Part shown: in pieces, positions 1-10,496 of the stretch
How the letters are laid out: the number at the start of each line of letters is the position of its first letter
How positions within the stretch are numbered: the first letter of the stretch is position 1
Assembly: GCF_001194135.2 (NCBI RefSeq)
Contig: NC_069004.1
Coordinates: 27,143,141-27,176,804 of the forward strand
DNA length: 33,664 nt
Direction: 5' to 3'
From: Octopus bimaculoides
Lineage: Eukaryota
Program-made: the position numbers and the translations under genes
Notes under the pieces: model-generated
What the model was told of the DNA's origin: nothing
Database searches by the model: none
The model's input: the letters and a program-made list of their open reading frames with translations, nothing else

Positions 1-435
1 CTGTTTAACTAAACCAAACGAAGTTAAGGGAGACTATTCAAAATAAAACAAAGGTAAAAACTGGCTGACACACTAGAGTCGTATTTCTTACAAATTTGAA
101 ACAAGCATATAGTGAGAAGACGAACCGGCTGATATTTGGCAGACTGACTCCACACACGTTTTGGTTTTCTTAAATCTTCTCAGTGAAGTAAGTTTACTTG
201 TGCGGTTATTTCATCGATAAAGGAAAAGGAATATGTGTATACGTGTGTGTGTTTTATATATCAAGCATGCACCTTCGCTGTTATGACAACACTACAGAAG
301 AGACAAGGGGAATATAATATCTTGGGATATTATGGTCCACCTGATGAGTAAATATTAGTAAGGGCAAAAGTCAACCTCGGCGAAATCAATATAATGTAAC
401 AGTTTCACTATCTAGAAAGTATGAAGAAAATCAAA

Positions 436-522
436 CAGCCACTTGCACGTAAATTTCATGAGCAGGCTGTTCCGTTGATCGGATCAACTGGGAAACACAT
501 CGTCGTAACCGACGGAGTGCCA
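436..522 (+). mobile_element. 5'-truncated SINE family B (3' tail only)
   Basis: cagccacttgcacgt...gttccgttgatcggatcaactgg...cgtcgtaaccgacggagtgcca closely matches the 3' end of the full copy (about 1780-1866). Confidence 0.85.
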
Positions 523-1489
523 GTTTAGTCTGCCGCATGAGCATCGTCGTGACACAAGGTGTGCCTTATATATTTTAAACTCAGAGGAACTCATTCCTCT
601 CTAGGTCTCAACACAGACCGATTTCAGCAAGAGAAGGACTGACAGACTAAAAGCAAAGTTGAACTCAGTACATAAACCGCCGAAACGAACACTGCATGGT
701 ACTAAAGAATCACCTAACTGGTATCTTTAATAGCAAACTACATTTAATGATAAACAGAATCTAATACCAGTCAGGCTCTGTTCCACGTTTCTTAAAGTTT
801 TCGTGAGAGTAGAATATGTACACATCATCAGATGTTTGGAGACAGAGTGAATGTCTGATGACGTGGCGGTATAACGTAACAATGCTCACGATATAAACTG
901 AGCCAAACTGTTATTAAATATATAAAACTCTAACCAAATGGGTTGAGTATATTTTGTTTTATTTTGTTCATTCACTCGTTATTGATAAGCAACACAAATT
1001 TTAACCGTTGCTGTAATGTGTAAGCGAAAACACATAGACAAATGTCTTTTATTTTTAACTCTCTTCTCTCTACAGAAGATAAAGATATTACACTTGTTTA
1101 CGTGTGTTCATGTATATCGATTATACATCAAAGCGTCGGCTAAAACTTGCTTTACTTATTCGTATACACACCTTATTATATTTAGGACATTATCTAACAT
1201 AAGCTATTTTATGCACCGTTAATTAAGTGAAGATAGACTAATCAGCGAAGTGGCTCGCACACTCAGTATAATCAGATTTTAAATCCAAGAGGGAGAGACT
1301 TGATTTGGACCATTGATCGGTTAGAAATAACAGCCAAACTCTCCGCAAATCTTATCCTGTTGTTATTTAAAAAGGCAAGGAAGTTTCAATAGAGTGAAAG
1401 CATGGTTTTCTACACACAATGCGTGACAAAAGGCGAGTATTATGGCCGTCAGTGAAATACGTTTTATTATATGTCTATAGGGTCAGGGT

Positions 1490-1866
1490 GGAGGCGCAAT
1501 GGCCCAGTGGTTAGGGCAGTATACTCGCCGTCATAGGATCGCGGTTTCGATTTCCAGACCGGGCGTTGTGAGTGTTTATTGAGCAAAAACACCTAAAGCT
1601 CCATGAGACTCCGGCAGGGGGTGGCGGTGGACTCTGCTGTACTCTTTCACCACAACTTTCTCTCATTCTTACTTCCTGTTTCTGTTGTGCCTGTAATTCA
1701 AAGGGCCAGCCTTGTCACACTGTGTCACGCTGAATATCCCCGAGAACTACAGTAAGGGTACACGTGTCTGTGGAGTGCTCAGCCACTTGCACGTTAATTT
1801 CACGAGCAGGCTGTTCCGTTGATCGGATCAACTGGAACCCTCGTCGTCGTAACCGACGGAGTGCCA
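1490..1866 (+). mobile_element. Full-length tRNA-derived SINE family B
   Basis: A box TGGCCCAGTGG (1500-1510) and B-box-like GGTTTCGATTTCC (1543-1555). Related copies at 436, 5485 and 32675. Flanked by a 12-bp direct repeat with 1 mismatch: atagggtcaggg (1477-1488) / atacggtcaggg (1870-1881). Confidence 0.9.
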
Positions 1867-2212
1867 ACAATACGGTCAGGGCTTATCTGGGATTACACAA
1901 CAAGAAACGCTATTTATATAATAATTTTGTGTGTGTGTGTATGTGCGTATGCGTGTATTTGCGTGTGTTTATGTATGTGTGTATGTGTGTGTTGATAGGG
2001 CCTCTCGTATAAAACAAAATGCGAAACATATTATGCAAGTTAGTTACTCCAGTTCTCTGTAGCTGTAGGATTTCTTGGGTATATAAACAGACTGACTGCT
2101 TACTTCTCTGCGTTGGGTCTAAATGATGTAGACACATCTGATGAGAATCCGATAATGTTCAAAGATCGATTAAGGATATTCAGATTACGGTCTTTCAGTC
2201 TATGGAGAATAA

Positions 2213-2485
2213 TACATTATTTACATTTGATGGATATTTGTCTTCCCCTTGTTTGTTGTTAACAACGTTTCGGTTGACATACCCTCCAGCCTTCATCAGA
2301 TGTCTTGGGGAAATTTCGAACCTGGGTTCTCATTCCTAAGGTATTTTTTTCGATGTTATTATTATTATCATTATTATTATTATTATTATTATTATTGTTG
2401 TTGTTGTTGTTCAGATCGCTACTTGGAATCGAACTCGGAATCTTGGGGTTAGTAGCTTGCGCTTTTAACCACTACGCCATATGCC
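2213..2485 (-). mobile_element. Full-length tRNA-derived SINE family E with internal (TAA/CAA)n and a hammerhead-like 3' region
   Basis: Minus strand reads ggcatatggcgtagtggtt (A box)...gagttcgattcc (B box)...(aac/aat)n...ccaggttcgaaatttccccaagacatCTGATGAaggctg...GAAACGTT...aaatgtaaataatgta. The 3' half matches the copy at 19843-20047. Confidence 0.85.
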
Positions 2486-2488
2486 CAC

Positions 2489-2555
2489 GGCATATGGCGT
2501 AGTGGTTCGAAATCTCCACAAGACACCTGAGGAAGACTAGAGGGTATATTAGGGG
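2489..2555 (+). mobile_element. Internally deleted SINE E copy, inverted head-to-head with 2213-2485
   Basis: ggcatatggcgtagtggtt joins directly to cgaaatctccacaagacacctgaggaagactagagggtatat. About 148 nt of family sequence is lost at a GGTT microhomology. Confidence 0.8.
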
Positions 2556-2898
2556 TCGGTTCAGTGTGTTGCCTTTCATGTTATCTTTTACCGGTTTTAT
2601 AATGATTAGATTAAGGCCAAACTGGAGCTCCAGCTTAAAGGGTGGTTCATCGTCTCAAGTGTTTCTGCTGTTACTGCTGCTGTTGTGATGAGCAGTGAAT
2701 GTCAGAGTCTGCTGAGCACAAGACACAAACTCCATCTGGTGGTTGAGGCACGTCTTCGTTTGAGCTCGAATCACACCGAGATTAGCTTTGCTTCTCATCT
2801 TCCCACGGTCCATAAATCAAGTATCAATCAAATAATGAAATGTTGTCAACATAATTCACCATCGTACGGCGGTGAGCTGGCAGAATTTTTGTTGCAGT

Positions 2899-2900
2899 GT

Positions 2901-2962
<62 letters not shown>

Positions 2963-3560
2963 ATAGTAGTAGTAGCAGCAGCAGTAGTAATGGTCTTGGT
3001 GGTGGTAGAGGTGGTGATGATTTTGGTACTAATAGAGGTAGTTGGTGGTGTTTTTTGTGATTTCAGTGCTAGTGGTGGCTGTGTTGATTGTGGTTTTGTT
3101 GTTATGGTGGTGGTGGTGGTGGTGGTGGTGATGGTGATGGTGGTATGGTGGGTTTGGTAGTAGTAGTAGTAGTAGTAATTGTAATTGTGGTTGTTGTTGC
3201 TGTTGTTATTGTTGTAGTAGTAATAGTGGTTNNNNNNNNNNNNNNNNNNNNNNNNNNNNNNNNNNNNNNNNNNNNNNNNNNNNNNNNNNNNNNNNNNNNN
3301 NNNNNNNNNNNNNNNNNNNNNNNNNNNNNNNNNNNNNNNNNNNNNNNNNNNNNNNNNNNNNNNNNNNNNNNNNNNNNNNNNNNNNNNNNNNNNNNNNNNN
3401 NNNNNNNNNNNNNNNNNNNNNNNNNNNNNNNNNNNNNNNNNNNNNNNNNNNNNNNNNNNNNNNNNNNNNNNNNNNNNNNNNNNNNNNNNNNNNNNNNNNN
3501 NNNNNNNNNNNNNNNNNNNNNNNNNNNNNNNNNNNNNNNNNNNNNNNNNNNNNNNNNNNN

Positions 3561-3590
<30 letters not shown>
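2899..3590. repeat. Compound microsatellite (TAG)n/(TGG)n/(TTG)n, gap, (AG)n
   Basis: Direct reading; N gap 3232-3560. Confidence 0.95.
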
Positions 3591-3591
<1 letters not shown>

Positions 3592-4088
3592 GAGAGAAGG
3601 AGGAGGAGAATATGGAGAAGGATAGAAGGTAGAGGGTAGCGGAGATAAAACTAAAGCAACAATATTTTAGCAAATACATTTTTAAATTTTATAAAATCGA
3701 TGCTAGATCAGTACGATCGGAGTTTTTTTTCTTCTTTTTGTCATTTTTATTTTCATTTTTTTTTTCTTCCAACATCGAGTCGTATTTAATCATATTACGC
3801 AGTTTAAATTTATGGCTTTGTCAGTTTGAAATGATCAATTCGATTACTGTGTGATTCAATAATAACAAAATATAACAATATTTAATTTGTTTCTTTCGGT
3901 GGTGGGGAGAGGAGACGGAAATTTTTCATGGGGAGGTGGCGAGACCGGAGGCTGGAGGAGTTTGGTGTAGGCTGGTTGGCTCACTGTGTTGTCATTTAGT
4001 CTGTTTCTTACGCGTTTTTCGCTTACGGAACTGTGGCCATGCTGGAACATTGCCTTCGAGGGAAAATTTGTTCAGTATGTTGGTTATA

Positions 4089-4198
4089 GGCGCAGGAGTG
4101 GTTGTGTGGTAAGAAGCTTGCTTCCCAACCACATGGCTCTCTTCTTCTATAACCTCAGGCCAACCAAAGCTTTGTGAGTGTATTTGGTAGGCGGAAAC
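4089..4198 (+). mobile_element. SINE family C, 5' part with internal deletion
   Basis: ggcgcaggagtggttgtgtggtaagaagcttgcttcccaaccacatgg and gccaaccaaagctttgtgagtgtatttggtaggcggaaact match the reverse complement of 23564-23736. The B-box region is missing. Confidence 0.8.
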
Positions 4199-5410
4199 TT
4201 TGAATGTCGCATCATATCACTTCGGCAACATCTTTTAACCACCAAGAGCATCTCTTGACCAAATTTGCCTACATGAGGCTGATAACATCATAAGACTTGA
4301 AAGGCAGCTCCTTGAGCAACACCCTTTGTCTGATAACCTAGAATACATACCCAAAGAAGTTGCACGACTCTACCGCAACGTATCATCAGATGAAAGGATG
4401 AGCCTGTATGAGCAGAAGACTATGCATGGTTATGTTAGTAGAAAGCTTGGAGATGTTAGTAACATCGATCATCAATATGGACCAATAGCCGAGTTACTAC
4501 CTCTCACTTTGAAGGGTATGCGTTTGCAATCTAGGAACAGGAAATATCAACCAAGTACCTGTTGTACAATATGCATAGAAATGCAGGCAAAGCCGTTAAA
4601 TGTGACAACCGATGCAGACTTTGTGGAGTTCACACTGAAGATATCACCTGCATCATAAGCAGTTGTCCGAAAATGTCATCATGGTATATCTACCGATGAG
4701 ACATGATGTTGTAGCTAGGAAACTCTATAATAAAATCCGTCGGAAGGGTAATCCCGAGGACAAAGAAATAAGAACCCACAACATGGTAGAAGCCATAGCC
4801 ACTCATAAGAAAAAGGAATACTGGTGGAATGTACCAATGAAGACCTAAATAAAATGTAGGCACAACAGACCTGATATAATGATTTGAGATAGAGAAGAGA
4901 AACTGTGTACAGTTGTACAAATCAGCTTCTCAGCGGATGTTAACATAAAGCTGATAATCAGTGAAAAAGAGAACACCTATGCTGAACTATTGAGGAATAT
5001 GCAGTTACTCTATCCAGATTAAAAGTTCAGGTTTATACTTGTATTATTGGGGTCCTGGGATATGTAACACTCTGCCTAAATACCAATCTTGGGAAATTTG
5101 TCTTCTCAAAACTAGAAAGAAGAAAGCTAATTCGAAGACTATAGATCCAATCCATCATTGGAACTATAAAGGCCTGTAAAACTTTCCAGAAGTTTATCAC
5201 TTAAATATATATGAGTATGTCGAGACATGCAACTATATGCAGGAGAATACATACATAAAACATACAAATCTGCATACATACATGCATACATACCAACAAA
5301 AATACCCTGTTGTTGATGTTGAAATTCCAATGAAGGAGCCTTGGATCTAGGTTAGAAACCAATTTTTTTTTCTCTATTGGCAAGAAATCTTGAAATAAAC
5401 TGAATAATGA
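4199..5410 (+). mobile_element. 5'-truncated, decayed RLE-type non-LTR retrotransposon (R4/Dong-like): zinc knuckle, restriction-like endonuclease and 3' UTR
   Basis: Manual translation across stops and frameshifts: AI*EQEISTKY, CRLCGVHTEDITCIISSC (degenerate CCHC, 4613-4666), MRHDVVA (4696-), WW, RHNRPDIMI (HNRPD 4861-4875), then AD..K..Y, IIGVLG; stop at 5202-5204. The 3' UTR is shared with 15211-15347 and is followed by (CATA)n. Confidence 0.85.
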
Positions 5411-5412
5411 AA

Positions 5413-5444
5413 TACATACATACATATATGCATACATACATACA

Positions 5445-5478
<34 letters not shown>

Positions 5479-5482
5479 CATA
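5413..5482. repeat. (CATA)n microsatellite directly after the LINE 3' end
   Basis: Direct reading. Confidence 0.95.
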
Positions 5483-5484
5483 AC

Positions 5485-5675
5485 TGGTATTCCGTCGGTT
5501 ACGACGACGAAGGTCCCAGTTGATCCGACGAACGGAATAGCTGCTAGTGAAATTAAGATGCATGTGGCTGAGCACTCCACAGACACGTGTACCCTCAACG
5601 TAGTTCTCAGGTAGATTCAACGTGACACAAGCGTGACATGGCTGGCCCTTTGAAATAAAGCTACATCTCATTTTA
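5485..5675 (-). mobile_element. SINE with family-B 3' tail, 5'-truncated
   Basis: Reverse complement matches about 1697-1866 (ttcaaagggccagc...ccgacggaatacca). Sequence upstream of the tail differs from the 1490 copy. Confidence 0.85.
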
Positions 5676-6197
5676 CAAGTGATATACACGTCTGACAAAA
5701 GGTTAAAAATATTGTAGGGTATTTCTATTACTTGTAGTATAATCATTGCATGGTGAACATAAATGTACGTGCATACATGCCGTGAGGAGGTTTAATGCTG
5801 TAGAATCGTCTGCGTTAAAATTTCTTCTCAGAGTTGTGTTCAAAACAATATATATTGCAATGAGTCGACCATCGTCGCTACAGTGAATAACGAAAACGAC
5901 AGATGTGTTTCACTTTTTTCTTAAGCTTGTCAATGCTGTGTACGCAAATGTCACCTGCTTAGACGAAATTCATGTCACGATATATAAGAAATAGTGAATA
6001 AAAATATTCACTGGTATTGTGAAAGCTTGCCGAGATGTAGAAAAACTCGGTGTATGCCAGTAGAACAGTATTACATTAAAATGGCCATCTGCATATATCA
6101 TATTAAATTTATACAAGCAGTTTGAAGGCATGATACTGTGGAACTGTCTCAGATAAAATCTTTTCATGAGCTTATTGTTATAAAACAAATGAAATAT

Positions 6198-6375
6198 ATT
6201 CTTTTCTACTCTAGGTACAAGGCCCAGTACGCAACTGGTACTTAATTTGTCGACCCCGAAAGGATGAAAGGCAAAGTCGACCTCGGTGGAATTTGAACTC
6301 AGAAAGGAAAGACAAACGAAATATCGTTAAGCATTTTGCCCGACGTGCTAACGTTTCTGACAGCTCGCTGCCCTC
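6198..6375 (-). mobile_element. SINE family A, unit 1 of tandem array
   Basis: Family motif ggtacttaatt..tcgaccccgaaaggatgaaaggcaaagtcgacctcgg.ggaatttgaactcagaa; minus-strand head gcgagctgtcagaaacgttagc with B-box-like gagttcaaattcc; about 40-nt deletion at a ccc microhomology near 6224. Confidence 0.9.
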
Positions 6376-6383
6376 AAAAAAAG

Positions 6384-6588
6384 AATCTTTTCTACACTAG
6401 GCACAAGGCGCGAAATTTTGGGGGAGGGGGCCAGAGATCGGTCCCAGTACGCAATTGGTACTTAATTTATTGACCCCGAAAGGATGAAAGGCAAAGTCGA
6501 CCTCGACAGAATTTGAACTCAGAAGGTAAAGACAGACGAAATACTGCTAAGCCCGGTGTGCTAACGTTACCGCCATTTCGCTGCCTTC
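6384..6588 (-). mobile_element. SINE family A, unit 2 of tandem array
   Basis: Near-full copy homologous to unit 1 and to 17551-17696. Confidence 0.9.
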
Positions 6589-6605
6589 AAAAAAAAAGAA
6601 AAAAG

Positions 6606-6648
6606 AATCTTTTCTACACTAGACACAAGGCCCGAAATTTTTGGCGAG
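6606..6648 (-). mobile_element. SINE family A, unit 3 (3' end only)
   Basis: aatcttttctacactagacacaaggcccgaaattttt repeats the start of unit 2. Confidence 0.75.
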
Positions 6649-6695
6649 TACTTTCTTTTAATGAAGTACAATCAAACCAGTATTGTCCATCCTAA

Positions 6696-6927
6696 CAAAT
6701 CATTTAACAGTTTGTTATCTGTTTTGGTTATCGATTTCAGTATTTATTGCAAATCTGGTATTTATCGGTCTCAGTTTTTGCCAAGCCACGCCACAAGTTT
6801 ACATGGATGTAAACAAACCAGCACCGGTAGTCAATTTGTGATGTGGGCAAGCACAAAGACTCGTGCACACTAACACACACAAATGCATGTGCGCACACAC
6901 ACACATGTAGGTACGCGCGCACACACA

Positions 6928-6967
<40 letters not shown>

Positions 6968-7149
6968 ACTCCACGTAAACACACATGTATATATGCGATG
7001 AGATTCCACACAGTTTCCTTTTGCCAAGTCCATTCACAAGGTATTGGTCGGCCCGGAGATATAGTAGAAGACACTTGCCTGGTGGGACTGAACCTGAAAC
7101 CGCGTGATTACAAAGCGAACTTCTTAACTACAAACCATTACCTGCACCT
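6696..7149 (-). mobile_element. Diverged full-length SINE family C with internal (CA)n
   Basis: 7020-7149 matches the head region of 23564-23736; about 6750-6860 matches the family 3' body seen at 28320-28420; CA repeat about 6865-6965 lies between. Confidence 0.75.
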
Positions 7150-7875
7150 ATGCTTTTATGTGTGTGNNNNNNNNNNNNNNNNNNNNNNNNNNNNNNNNNN
7201 NNNNNNNNNNNNNNNNNNNNNNNNNNNNNNNNNNNNNNNNNNNNNNNNNNNNNNNNNNNNNNNNNNNNNNNNNNNNNNNNNNNNNNNNNNNNNNNNNNNN
7301 NNNNNNNNNNNNNNNNNNNNNNNNNNNNNNNNNNNNNNNNNNNNNNNNNNNNNNNNNNNNNNNNNNNNNNNNNNNNNNNNNNNNNNNNNNNNNNNNNNNN
7401 NNNNNNNNNNNNNNNNNNNNNNNNNNNNNNNNNNNNNNNNNNNNNNNNNNNNNNNNNNNNNNNNNNNNNNNNNNNNNNNNNNNNNNNNNNNNNNNNNNNN
7501 NNNNNNNNNNNNNNNNNNNNNNNNNNNNNNNNNNNNNNNNNNNNNNNNNNNNNNNNNNNNNNNNNNNNNNNNNNNNNNNNNNNNNNNNNNNNNNNNNNNN
7601 NNNNNNNNNNNNNNNNNNNNNNNNNNNNNNNNNNNNNNNNNNNNNNNNNNNNNNNNNNNNNNNNNNNNNNNNNNNNNNNNNNNNNNNNNNNNNNNNNNNN
7701 NNNNNNNNNNNNNNNNNNNNNNNNNNNNNNNNNNNNNNNNNNNNNNNNNNNNNNNNNNNNNNNNNNNNNNNNNNNNNNNNNNNNNNNNNNNNNNNNNNNN
7801 NNNNNNNNNNNNNNNNNNNNNNNNNNNNNNTATATATATATATATATATATCTGTGTGTGTGTGTGTGTCTGTGC

Positions 7876-7906
<31 letters not shown>

Positions 7907-8308
7907 ACTGGAATAAAAATAGTATGGTGAGCGACAACAATAACAACAGCAATAATAACGCAGATAAGAACAATAAGGATATAGCAGAACAATGACATAA
8001 TCGAATAAGAAATAACCGAATAGGATAATAACAGAATAATGATATAACAGAATAACAGAATAATAACATTAACTAAATTGAATGAGAAAAATAGAAAAGA
8101 TACGGCAAAATGCTGGATCGCTTTGGAATATAATTTTAACAATAATATAAATGAGAAAATGAAATTCTTTCAGTCTTTATGGTTATCCAAATTATATAAT
8201 GTACTCTATCCAATATTCTATTCTTTCATTTTGACATTCTATTTAGCTCAGTCTTTTTCTCTCATTCAATGCCCGCTAATCTCGCTGTCTTTCTGTGTTC
8301 TCTAACTC

Positions 8309-8309
8309 G

Positions 8310-8356
<47 letters not shown>

Positions 8357-8910
8357 CCTACCTACTTATCTATCTATCTATCTGTTGGTTTGTCTGTTTA
8401 ACCAATATTTATTTGTTCATATTATCATTGCCTTTCATCCACTCATTTTTATTTTGTCTGTTAAGTCAGATATCTTCCTATCTGTAAATTTATCTATCGA
8501 TCTATATAGACGTCTATCAATCTAGCGAGCCATGTATGCATGTATGTATGTATGTATCTATCTATCTATCTATCTATCTTCTTATTTGTCTGTTTAGCCA
8601 ATATTTATTTATTCATATTATTATTGTCTTTCGTCCAATGTTTTCTTTGTCTGTTAAGCCTGATACCTTCTTATCTGTATATTTATCTGTCTATCTATAT
8701 ATTTATATAGATGTCTATTAATCTAGCGAGTCATCTATCTATTTATTTGTTGATCTATTTTACATTCTATCTAACTGACTATCTAACTTTTTATCAATGT
8801 ATCTAATATTTATTTGTGCGTTATATAATTCTCTTAGATTTACTCGTTTTTCTGTCTATCAAGCCAACCACGTATCTATCTATATAACTAGCTTTATATC
8901 AACCAGTCTG

Positions 8911-8954
<44 letters not shown>

Positions 8955-8955
8955 C
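8309..8955. repeat. (TCTA)n tracts interleaved with a duplicated about 150-bp AT-rich unit (period about 200 bp)
   Basis: 8389-8533 and 8585-8734 align: tttgtctgttta.ccaatatttattt...tgtctgttaag...atctagcgag.cat. Confidence 0.85.
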
Positions 8956-9225
8956 CTATTCTTTTATCACATAGCAAGGTATGTAAGCTATACATCTCTG
9001 CATTAAAACAACTATGTATCTCTCCATCCATTTCGTGTATATCTAATTTCCTTTTATCTCTATTAAATAAAGAAATCCAACGCCTTTTATTAACAGACTG
9101 AGATATAACTAATTCTGGTCTCAACATGGCCAAAACAAAAACATCTAAATTTCTAAAGTTTTCTACGCTCCTTCTTTCTTTCTTTTCTTTTTTCTTCTAT
9201 GGATTAAATTAAGAAAATTTTAAAT

Positions 9226-9330
9226 ATGGATGCAGGAATGGTCGTATGGGTAGGAAGGATATTAGTTTTACGACTATATCAACCGAGGTCCGATCTCACA
9301 ACGCAGTGTCTTGGTTAAGTGACATCGACT
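9226..9330 (+). mobile_element. Possible old, highly diverged family C-like SINE head
   Basis: ggatgcaggaatggtcgtatgggtaggaag...gtcttggttaagtgac loosely resembles ggcgcaggagtggctgtgtggtaagaag...ccttgggcaagtgtc. Confidence 0.35.
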
Positions 9331-9988
9331 ATAGGTGGAAAGAAACTCGGGGAGAGCGTAACAGCAGGTGGTCCTCAGAGGAGAAACAATTGTTTCAACG
9401 CAACGTAGTTCTCCAGGTGTGTAGATACTTGATTGTGTAACCGTTTAACTTCATTATGAGATCTAGTTGTGCTTCCTCAGGCGATATGTAAACATTGTCT
9501 CCGTAAATACACATTCTAAGCTTCAAGAGCATCCTGCTGACTCGGAAGCCTACTACGGATCCCTAGCTCCAGCATCAGTTGTGAACTTGGAACCTTACAG
9601 ATGACCAATTATAGCACTTACTTACGCAGCGTACCTATTGGCTTAGAGCATCAGTTCACTAACACCGTCATACTTCTTATATATATNNNNNNNNNNNNNN
9701 NNNNNNNNNNNNNNNNNNNNNNNNNNNNNNNNNNNNNNNNNNNNNNNNNNNNNNNNNNNNNNNNNNNNNNNNNNNNNNNNNNNNNNNNNNNNNNNNNNNN
9801 NNNNNNNNNNNNNNNNNNNNNNNNNNNNNNNNNNNNNNNNNNNNNNNNNNNNNNNNNNNNNNNNNNNNNNNNNNNNNNNNNNNNNNNNNNNNNNNNNNNN
9901 NNNNNNNNNNNNNNNNNNNNNNNNNNNNNNNNNNNNNNNNNNNNNNNNNNNNNNNNNNNNNNNNNNNNNNNNNNNNNNNNNNNNNNNT

Positions 9989-10382
9989 GCTGAAACAGCT
10001 CGCGATATCAACGATGCGTTTGGCCCAGGAACCACTAATAAACGTACAGCACAATGGTGGTCCAAGAAATTTCGTAGCGATGACGAGAGTCTTGAAGATG
10101 ATAAGCGCAGTGGTCGGCCATCGGATGTTGACAACGATCAACTAAGAGCCAGAGTCGAAGCCAATCTACGCACAACTGCTCGAGAGCTTGCTTCTGAATT
10201 AGACATAACGTATACGACAATTTGCAACCACTTGAAAGAGATTGGAAAAAACAAAAATACTTGAGAAATGGGTGCCGCACGAATTGAACGACAACCAATA
10301 AAAAACGCCGTTTTGAAGTGTCGTTTTCCCTTTTACGCAACAAGAACGACCCGTTTCTCGACCGGATTGTGACTTGCGATGG
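9989..10382 (+). mobile_element. Mariner transposase fragment (Hsmar1/cecropia-like), decayed
   Basis: Translates AETARDINDAFGPGTTNKRTAQWWSKKFRS...RSGRPS...TTARELASEL...WVPHEL (10269-10286), stop and frameshift, then DPFLDRIVTCD. It starts at a gap and ends at a (GATA)n tract. Confidence 0.9.
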
Positions 10383-10423
10383 AGTGTGTATGTATGTAGA
10401 GACAGACAGACAGACTAACTGAC

Positions 10424-10494
<71 letters not shown>

Positions 10495-10496
10495 CT
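10383..10496. repeat. (GACA)/(GATA)n microsatellite
   Basis: Direct reading. Confidence 0.95.

Noticed and set aside
335-390. Other CTGATGA motifs (about 341, 855, 2137)
   Set aside because: They lack a correctly spaced GAAA and supporting helices, so they are not hammerheads.
1490-1560. tRNA-like segments with A and B boxes (also 2410-2485, 14880-14945)
   Set aside because: No complete cloverleaf or acceptor stem, and they continue into repeat bodies; these are SINE heads, not tRNA genes.
6198-6648. Repeat-spacer appearance resembling a CRISPR array
   Set aside because: Eukaryotic SINE copies of about 200 nt; no short regular repeats or cas genes.
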